This document shows, one piece after another, positions 32,900-43,364 of a stretch of DNA of 64,000 nucleotides. Under the pieces are notes generated by a model. It was not told where the DNA came from, searched no databases, and worked only from the letters and a program-made list of their open reading frames with translations. The translations under genes and the position numbers were made by a program. Source of the DNA: the human T2T-CHM13v2.0 reference genome, Homo sapiens; NCBI RefSeq assembly GCF_009914755.1, contig NC_060925.1. One strand, written 5' to 3'. How positions within the stretch are numbered: the stretch's first letter is position 1; every line of letters begins with the position of its first letter.

Positions 32900-33250
32900 G
32901 CCGCCCATCACCGTGGAGAACCAGGAATGGCAGACCACGCGGACGCCAACAGTTTACGCAGCTCCCCAGCTAGGTGCAAAGTGGCCAAAGGAAGAGCCGG
33001 TCTTCCACACGCACACCTCCGCGCCCACACTGCCCCAGGAGATTCCCACTCAGCCGGGGGACCCCCAAGCAGCCGGCGAGGCGCACTGCGCACGCGCACT
33101 CAGGCCGCGGCTCCAGCCGCCCTCCCTCCGCAGTGGGGCGCCCCGCCCCCGCGCCGCTCAGTTTTAAACTCGCAGCAGACGGAACTCGACTTAAAAATAA
33201 CTATTTTGACAGTTCAGATGTAAATATGTGAGTGACGCGTGGGGCTGTTT
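32900..33250. promoter_or_regulatory. Small CpG-rich promoter-like element with NRF1 motif and GC boxes
   Basis: TGCGCACGCGCA 33087-33098, GCCCCGCCCC near 33140-33150, local CpG cluster. Confidence 0.65.
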
Positions 33251-33948
33251 TTCCTTCACACTTCCCCTCACCCCTCGCTCCCTACCCCAGCTCAATTCGG
33301 CTGAGGCTGAGATGATGGGAGAGCGCCGTCTGCAGGATGCTCCCTAAAATGCAGCAGGAGGAAGAGACTTGTCCTAGAGAGCCCAGCGAGCTTGGGGGTG
33401 GGGCGGAGGACCCCCAGCTCACTTTCACTGCACAGGTCACACGCCTTTTGGGGATAAGCAGATTTACACACTATTTCTTGTCTATTACCTGAAAAAGGAG
33501 ACGTTAGCCAACACACAAGTGAACTAATTTAATCATTCCTGACCTCTCCGTACCCAGTTTTCAGTTCAATTTGACCTGTGCATATTGACTGAATGTCTAC
33601 TTCGTACCCAACACCGTGCTAGATGCAGTGCAACATGTGACACGTGCAACATGCACACTTGCGATTCCTAATTTTTTCAACGAACCTTCCAGTTAACTCA
33701 TATTGAACACCTGCTTTGTGCCAGGCCGGGAGCTAGGTAAGCACTTGAGCACAGGCTATCTGACTTGACCCCTGCAAAAACTTGTGGATATTATTATCTG
33801 CATTTTCCATATGAAAAACAGAAGTCTAGGGAGATTGAGTGACTTCTCTAGGCCGCCACAGATAGTAAAGACAACAAGTCTTGTGCTCTTCCCTCCATAG
33901 CCAATTGAGTGGAAGGTTGGTGGAGGCAGAGTTCCACCCACTTTATAA

Positions 33949-34559
<611 letters not shown>

Positions 34560-35061
34560 TAAGTGTGTGTAGACATGCATGGCCTGGCCAGGTAGTGCAA
34601 TGAGATAGGGAAGTTCAGAGAGCCCCCAGCCACTCCTCCTTTGTGTGCTCCCGGTCTCCCACCGGCTTGGGCCTCTCCCTCCTTGGCCCAGTGTGCACTG
34701 CTCCCAGGCTCTTTCCCCTCATCCTAACAAAACCTGCTCCAAGAGGGAATCTGAGGTAATCACTGATGCTGTGGGACAAGTGCCTGAAAACTGCCCAGTG
34801 GTTGCTTCCTTTCTGGATTACAAACCCCAAGAGATCAAAACCTGAAGTCAAAGAGAGGAAGCACTCATGAAATTTCAGATGTCAGACTTTGGAGAGGAGA
34901 GGAATTTGGGAACAATAAGGCTTACCTGTGACAGAAGAGGCTTCCTATCATACCTGCCAGCAGGGTCATTGCTAGCTCTGTCCGTGCGTACATACAGCCA
35001 TGGGCAGAAGTCTGTAGACGCTGGCAAAGAAGAGAGGAGGGTCCCCGGGAAATCCCACCTC

Positions 35062-35366
35062 AGCCAGGCACAGTGGCTCTTGCCTGTTATCCCAGCACTT
35101 TGGAAGGCCAAGGCAGGAGGATAGCTTCAGCTCAGGAGTTCAAGACCAGCCTGGGCAACATAGTAAGACCCTGCCTCTACAAAAAACTACAAATAACTAG
35201 CTGGGCATGGTGGTACGTGCTTGTAGTCCCAGCTACTCAGGAAGCTGAGGTGAGAAGACCACTTGAGCCTGGGAGGTTGAGGCTGCAGTGAGCCATGATT
35301 GTGCCACTGCACTCCAGCCTGGGCAACAGAGCAAGACCCTGCCTCTAAAAATAAAAAATATAAAAA
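35062..35366 (+). mobile_element. AluJ
   Basis: Sense dimer. Confidence 0.9.
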
Positions 35367-35500
35367 TTCCACTTCTTATGTGATGCCTTCCCTGATTCTT
35401 CCCTACTCTACAGTTGTGTTCTCTCAGGACTCTGAAGCCCTGGAGCACTTTGCTTGTACTTTAGCTGAGGCATTTTTGAGCCTTGCCACATTGTTTTCTA

Positions 35501-35904
<404 letters not shown>

Positions 35905-36519
35905 TCAATATTGATAGAACAGATTCAGTCAACAGCAGTGCACAGCATACATTTCCCCATGCAAGAGGGTGAAGGCTGGGCTGCAGACAGCAGAGGGACT
36001 GGGGCAGGCATCTTGGCGGACTCCTGAAGATGGAAAGGCTTGGGGTCATATCTGCCCCAGACCACTTAACAAACACTTAGTGAGCGCTTTGTGCTAGGCA
36101 TCATGGTGGCTGAGCCTGCAGAAGAGGCAGCCAGCCCTCTCAGGAGCAGTCAATCCACCGCTCTAAACAACAGCTGCCTGTGTGATACTTGAGTCTCGTC
36201 TTGGCCCAAATCACTTCTTGCCTTACAGGAGACTGGCTTTGGGGTTAGACTTGATGGCCTGATCTCTCCGCCCTCTCTCAGGGCGTCCTGCTTCAGAGAT
36301 CATTGGAATCTCTGTTCCCCCATCCAAGTGGAGTTATGACATAATAATTCTTTTTCAAACAGCTTTATGGATATATAATCACATACATGATATAATAATT
36401 CTTGTTCTTAATGTTATGCCATCTTATAGCATCTTTCTCTCTTTTATAAGTCTGAAAATTCCCGTGTGTTCTGTGAATACAGTCTTAGGTTCTGAGAAGC
36501 CCAACTAAGGATTCTTATC

Positions 36520-36818
36520 TTTCTTTTTTTTCTCTCTCTCTTTTGAGACAGGGTCTTGCTCTGTTGCCCAGGCTGGAATGCAGTGGCATGATCTCTTCCC
36601 AGGCTCAAGGGATCCTCCCACCTCAGCCTCCCAAGTAGCTGGGACTACAGGTGAATGCTACCATGCCTGGCTAAGTAAAAAAAATATATATATATATATT
36701 ATATATATATATATTTAGTAGAGACGAAGTCTGGCTATGTTGCCCAGGCTGGTCTTAACTCCTGAGCTCAAGTGATCCTCCTACCTTGGCCTCACAGGCA
36801 TGAACCACTGCGCCTGGC
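36520..36818 (-). mobile_element. AluJ with (TA)n expanded in the linker
   Basis: Antisense Alu; (TA)n near 36684-36714. Confidence 0.85.
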
Positions 36819-37189
36819 TCTTTCTCTTTCTTAAAAGCACCTTTAAGACTATGTGATCACATTGTAGTCCTAAACCACCTTCCCTGTTCCCCACACCCAC
36901 CCACTCCAGCTGGCTTTATCCCACCATTATTTCTGAGATGGTAAGAGGCATGAGGCCTGGCTTCCTTCAGTTTAGAGATAGCACAACGGAGGCTCACGGA
37001 GTTCCAGGAGACCTGGGGTGTCTCCCAAAGCCTCCTTCTTGGCCCCAACACCTCACTTTATGTCCATACTCCTGACTCTTCCCCCCAGTCTCCATTCTCC
37101 CTCCTCTCAGCAGATTTGATGGAAACAAATGTTTAGCTTCTGCTGCTGCAGTGTATCACAGTGCAAAATAAACACGGATGCCCCTTCTA

Positions 37190-37246
37190 CCCTGACAACA
37201 TAATCCATTTACTGCAAAGGGATATAATAAAGTCTGTTTATTACAG
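37190..37246 (-). terminator. Poly(A) site of the BLACAT1 terminal exon
   Basis: Minus strand reads TGTAATAAA (UGUA overlapping AATAAA at 37242-37237), followed by U/GU-rich actttattatatcccttt...ttatgttgtc. Confidence 0.7.
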
Positions 37247-38382
37247 CAATTAACAGAGCAGCGTTTGCCGGCATGCTTTTCAGTGGCAACCAGAAAAGTG
37301 CTTACTCCAGGTGCATAGATTCGGGAAACCATGCAACTTGAGCCAAAATGAAACCAATTAGAGGCTTAGTAAATGGGTTCCAGCCACCCCAGGAAACTTA
37401 ACCATCCACGAGTCAGTTCAGCCGAGGTAGAACCTCAGTGCAGGAATTTAGCATGATATAGATTGCTACTTTACAGAATTAATCCAGACCTGTCGCCAGG
37501 GTTGTGGTCTTGAGGACGTGAAATGTATCCGCCCAACACAGCCACCCAGGTGCTGGGTTCAAATCTCGATAAACTACATAGGGGTATATAGGTGGGGAAC
37601 GTTAGCACCATTGACTCTCAGGGGTCTCTTGCCACTGCCATGGAGGTGGGGACATAAGGAGAGGACTAGAAGCTGGGCCAGAGGGAACAGACAGAGAAAG
37701 AACAGAAATCCTTTCATTAGACCCTGTCTTCAAGAGCCTGGATTGAAATGTGGCCGTCTTGAGTAGGGGTGAGGAGGAATCTACTTTTCAGCCTGGAGAA
37801 TATATGCTATTTTGCTTTAGGCAGAAAGACTGGACAAAGACATGAAGCCATTTGTTCCGGTTCTTTGGTGGAGGGACAGAAGAAAGGGAAGTACGGGTTT
37901 CAATTCCCCAGTGAATCTGATTGCTAATTAACCAAATTTAATTATCTATCCCCTTTTAGGAGGGCAGGGGTTGGCTTATACCACCAACAGGACATTCTTC
38001 AGAATGAAGTTTAATTTTCCCAAGAAGGGAAGTGGCTGCAGTGTCATACCTGTGTAGGAAAAAATCCATCCTGATTGGCAGCTCTTCTCCAGTCTCTCAG
38101 GGAGACCATGCAGAGTTTTGATCTAGAAAACATAAACCTGGGTGCCTGAGCCAGGTAGAAAACCAAAGGCTCAAAAGGGCAGAGACAAACCCCTGTTAAA
38201 CAGTTCCCCCTGGCTGAGGGGTGACCTTAGGGGTTCCCCTTTTCTCCATCACTTTTTCCCATCCTCAGGCCTCTGGGAGAAGATGCTGTGTTAAAGGATG
38301 AGGGCAGAAACCAGCCTGGCCTCTCTGGAACAGAGAAAGTTAGAGCTTTGAGCATCATGAACAACGGGATAAAAATAGCAGT

Positions 38383-38396
38383 GTTGCCATGGCAAC
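38383..38396. promoter_or_regulatory. Perfect palindromic RFX X-box
   Basis: GTTGCCATGGCAAC; the palindrome extends to 16 bp (38382-38397). Confidence 0.65.
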
Positions 38397-40084
38397 AGAG
38401 GCTGGGAGAGTCCTGAGGATCTGTCTGGGTCCTGCCATCTCCCCCTCCTGCCTTCCTCCCGCCCCTCAGATGGAACACGGGAATGAGCTGAAGGAGGAGA
38501 GACGGCTGCCCCAGAAGGGAAAGAGACAGACCAGCAGCCCACGAGGAAAACCCTTGAACTCCAGACTTGGGGGGTGGTTTCTGTCAGCTCCTGAGCTGCC
38601 CAGGTCTGGGAGCTCTTGGCTTTGGCAATTTCTTCCTCAGTATGACGACTTCCTCCAGGGATGCCCTGGGCAGCTACCGCTCACCCTCCTGGTGGATGGT
38701 TCTGACCTCCTGGGCTCCTCCGTGAAGAGTCAAGGTTCCTGTTTCTTCTTCATGATCTATAGTTCCTATCCCATGGAAATTTAGAGAAGCGAACCCAGGC
38801 GGACTGGCCACAATAACCCCGGCACAGTGGGCACTGACCACTCCAGGGATGGCCTGGGGGTCCAGAGGATTCACCCTGACAAGGCAGATACCCTTGTCAG
38901 CAATATGGACTTGGGGGGCTGTGTTTGTGTTGGGAGCAGGGTGATGATGGTGACAGCTCTCTCTTGCTCTTGCTTTTGGGTCAGAGAGATAGAACATTCA
39001 TTCCTTGGGAACAGATTCTGTTTCTTGGTTCTTGTGGTACTGTCAGCTTGATCACCTGCTGGACATAGCAGCCACCTTCAGGAGGAACACCAGACTTCCT
39101 GGACCAGCCTGCAAGGAGCCCACTGAACTCAGCAGCCCAGAGATTTTCTTCTCTGGTGAAAGCCCACCTTTGCGGTTGTGAACCAAGTATCTGTCTCCAA
39201 AAGTTCCAGCCACATCTGGGCACATCTGATAAGTGTGCCCTTTATAATGCGTGCCTTCCTGTGAGGTAGGGAGGAAATGGGACTCATCGCCACCTGTTAT
39301 GGAGGAGGCTGGGAGAGAGGAGGCAATTTGCCAAGGTCAGGAGTCAGTCATGGCAGAACACTGGGGGGCTGTGGCTCTCCATCCAGAAACAATCACCAGC
39401 ACATTCCACCACCAGCACATCTCCAGCCACTGGGCAAAATGCATATTCAGTCTGTAGACAGGACAAACTCCAGCCTGAGGCACTTCCCCTTGCAGAAGGC
39501 AAGGAATGAGGTGGGGTGGTTTGATCAGCATGGAGATGAGCACATGAGGAGCTGTGCAAAGGGAAGCCCATGGGTTACATAACTGGAGCAGAGCGCCAGT
39601 CCTTGAGATCTCTTCTAGAATCACTTGAGCATCTATCTGCAGGTGGTTGTGGTGGTGGTGGTGGTGATGCTGTGTGTATGTGACAGAGAGAAAGTGAGAA
39701 CGTACATAAGAGTGGCGCCTGTGATGGCCTAGACAGGACCTGGAGTCAGAGTCTAGGCCAACTGACTTACTCCCCTTGGGCCTGGCTGTAGGAGGGAAGA
39801 GAGGCAGAACTGCAAGGAGTCCTGGGCCCTGGCTAGGGGAAGATTCTAGCAGAAGCTCTGGGTGACTTGCCTTTCCCTCTCACTCCCCCTCTCACTTCTC
39901 AGAGCCACCATACCACTTCCATCCACCCTCCAGATATGTCTGTTGTCTGCACGGAGTGCATCTGTGAGGGCAGAGGAAACCTGCGACCCTCTGGTTCCAC
40001 AACCCTATGCCCCACTGAGGCTCAACTTCCCAGACTCACAGAGCCCTGGACTCCAAAGGAGACTTAAGAGGAAATTTATGTAAT

Positions 40085-40215
40085 CCCCTATTTATAGTTG
40101 AGGAACCTGAGTCTCAGAAATAAGACATGACTAGTCTAAGGTCACATAGGTCATTAGTTTCCAAGCAGGGCTAGAAGCCAGGAGACCTGGCTCCCAGCTC
40201 AGTGCTCCTTGCATC
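40085..40215 (-). mobile_element. MIR
   Basis: gaggaacctgagtctcagaaa ... aaggtcacatag. Confidence 0.7.
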
Positions 40216-43200
40216 CCACTCTAACACTTCATGTGTATTTCAGTTAGTTAATTATTGCTCTTTTTTTTTCCTAAAAATAACAATCTCCCTATATATTTCT
40301 ATGAACCCATATGCTACATGCAAAAAGCCCTTCCCTGGGAGCAGAGAAGGAAATGACATTCTGATAAAAAGGTTTCAACCTGAGACAAGAAGCCCCTTGG
40401 GTCCTGTGGGCCAGGGTCCTAGGCAACACTCAAGTCACAAGGACCCCAAGCACCCTTCACACTTCTTGATCTTCCATTCAGCAGCCTGAAGCCCAAGAGG
40501 GAAAATGGCCATGGGAAGTCCTCGCTTTACAGATGGGGAAAACTGGCCCCCTCACCCATCTGCAAGGAGGAATCAGTGCCACGCAGCAAGAACAAGAGGC
40601 CTGATCTCCTCCACAGAATCATCTACCCATGTGCCCCTCCCTCACCCCAAGAGCTCAGGGCCCCCACCTCAAGGTGGAGTCTCTGGGAGAGAACCATGGA
40701 GAGAGGATGGGAAGGCAGGGCAGCCAGGCCCACCCTAGAAGGAGCAGAAGCCTGGCCCGAAGTCAGAGGCCCAGGGCGCAGGGTCTGCGAATGCTGGGGC
40801 TGCTTTGGCCTTTCCCTATTCCCTGGGCTCATCCAAGGGCCTAGAGGAGGGCACAGGTGTCCAGACTGCTTCCTGAGATGCTAAAAGGAGCAAAGTCCCC
40901 ATTTTCCTGAGAAGGAAACTGAGGGACAATAGAATGTGGGGTTGGGGTGTGCCTGGCTAGAAGCTGCTACCTCCTGCTCAGACAATTCCAGCTGCAGTGC
41001 TGGCCCCAACCTCAGCCCTGGGTGAAGAAGGGGCTGCCGGCTTGGAGGCAGAGGACAACTGGACCTCCACTCAGAACACTTTGACCTTGGGACCCCACCC
41101 ATGTTCCCAAAGCCAGGGCTCAAGATATCTAGTATCCCTCTGGAGCCAAGGGAGTTCTCCCGGGGGAGGAAGCTCTCTGGATGGGCTCACTGCCAAACCC
41201 CTGCAGCTGCAATCCCTGCCAAGGCCTGAGAGGCGCACAAGGGGAAAGCTCTCCTCGGCCACCCGCTCCCCAGGACGTACTTTCTCCACTTTCCTAACCT
41301 TTCCTCCTGGTGAGCCTGTGTGGTCAGGACATAACACCCAATATCTCTGAGTCTCCGGGGATACAATTTCATCCTCTGCCACAGAAGTGACTTTTCTAGG
41401 ATTGCAGCCTCGCAGGTGACCGCTAGGGAAACACATGCCCTCCAGGAGGCTCTCTGGCCTCTGTATCAAGGTAACTTTTTCTGCCCATCTCTTTGCCTCA
41501 CCCAAGGCCTCTACTATCCAAGAGGACAAAGAACCAGGGAGTTTTTCTTCTGTCCTTTGTGACCCCACTGGCCTTTATTGCTGAATCTTGCTGTTCCCTT
41601 GAGGGAAGGACTTCCGTTTATAATTCTTTGGATATAAAAGGAAATAACAGATTGTAGAAGGTGGGGGCTAGGAGGTAGGGGCAAAGGAAGGGGTTGGAGG
41701 ATGGGAGGAGGAACTCAAGCTGTGCTCAAGCCTCATAAAGACAACCTGAATCCCACCCAATCTGCCCAAAGCCCAGGAAAGGCCCCTGAGTGTGGGCATG
41801 AGCTGGGCAGGCAGAGGCTGCCAGCATAGAATGTGCCCTTGCTTCTCCCAGGTTTTGGGCGAACCAGCCGAGGAAGACTTTTGCCCTCCCTAGTTGCCCA
41901 GAGAGGCCCACATTCCAAGGAAAGGGGAGCCCTGACTCTCCTATCTTGGGGCCTTGCCCTCTCTACCCAGGTCACCTGTTTACCTGTCAGAAGGGCTATT
42001 CTGTCCCTGGGGAGCTAGAGGGGGTCTGACTTTGCTCCTTGGCTGAGCTGCTCCCTGATGAGGGAGAACAGGCTTACAGAATCTGCCTGAAGCACCTCTG
42101 CTGCTGGCATTCGTCTCTGCCTGTCTTCTAGCCCCGGAGAACTCCAGGATCAAAGACAAAAGGCTAAGTTATACCAAAATGAAGGGAGAGAGGAAGGAAG
42201 GAAGAAGGAAAGAGGGAAGGAAATGCTTTTTTCTTTTGCTTCCTACCTCCTGGAAATGGGCTGGGGGTAAGGGCAGAGGCTGAAGCTGGAAGGTTGGCGG
42301 GGGTGGGGGATGAGGGAAAAAGTCGAGGAAGGTCCTAGAGGTCCCCCTACCCTAAGAGTTTCCACCGAAGGCACCACATACGAACGCAGTCCCCTCTATG
42401 GCTTCTGAGGAGAGAAGAAAAAGGCAGGGGAGACAGGAGAATCGAGGGAGGGCACGGCTCAGTCCAGGAAAGGGGTCCCTCAGTCTGGCCACGGCAAGAC
42501 AGTCCCTGAGGAGGGGAGTCAGGGCCTGGGGAACAGGCCTCCCCACATCTGTGATGCTGGCAAGGAGGCACAGGCATCATGAACACGGGTGGGTCAGGGC
42601 CGGGGCTGGAGGAAACACTGCTTTCTGGAGAGCAAGAACAGAGGGAGCCACGGAGCCACTGGCCACCTCTGCCTTCCTCCTCACTGGGCTGGCCACCTCA
42701 GGCCTGGCCCCACCTGGCCCAGGAGGATGCTGGCAGGGGGCTGGAAAAGGATTCTTGCCCCAGGTCCTGGAATCCCAGGAGAGTCTCACACTTCCGCCCT
42801 GGAGGCCTTCTCCAGGGTCAGGGCTGCTGGAAGTTCTCTGCTAGAGCAGCCAGTTTCCCATTTAGCAACAGCTCTCCTAGCCCAAGGCGGCACATGCCTC
42901 ATGCGGTTACCCTGAGAAGAGTCCCCCGAAGCTCTCAGGGCAGGAAAGAAGTTTCACTCCTTGGCCTCCCTGGGGCTTCTCAGTCTCTGGAAGGCATGCG
43001 GCAGGTCCTGGGGTTCCCCCTTGTGTGGCTGGGGCCTCTCTCCAAGGAGGTCTGAGAATTGGAAGCTAATGGGTGTGGGCATGAGGAGGATGAGAGGCAC
43101 ACAGGAGGCTGATGCCCTCGGGTGAGAGTCAGGCTGAGAAGAGCACTGGCTAAATCAAGACTTAAGATACACACACGGCTTCCTGCTCCAAGCCCCAGCC

Positions 43201-43262
43201 AGAAGCAGGCACCATCAGGCCTGGGACCTGCTGGGGGCTTGATGGAGGGGCCCTGGTTCTGA

Positions 43263-43364
43263 TCACACCGCCGTCTCCCGCTCTCTGTGAACTTCCTCCT
43301 TCTTCCTCTTCATTTTGCAGAAGCCGTGGAGACCACAGAAGCAGGCGAAAGTGAACTGGGGCAT
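43263..43364 (-). CDS. BLACAT1: 33-aa microprotein MPQFTFACFCGLHGFCKMKRKKEEVHRERETAV
   Basis: Hand-translated: ATG 43364-43362 (G at -3, in-frame TAG two codons upstream), TGA 43265-43263. It is the first ATG after a strong acceptor (long pyrimidine tract + ccctgcag|, exon start 43400). Matches the BLACAT1 peptide as I recall it. Confidence 0.85.
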   Translation of the reverse strand: MPQFTFACFCGLHGFCKMKRKKEEVHRERETAV

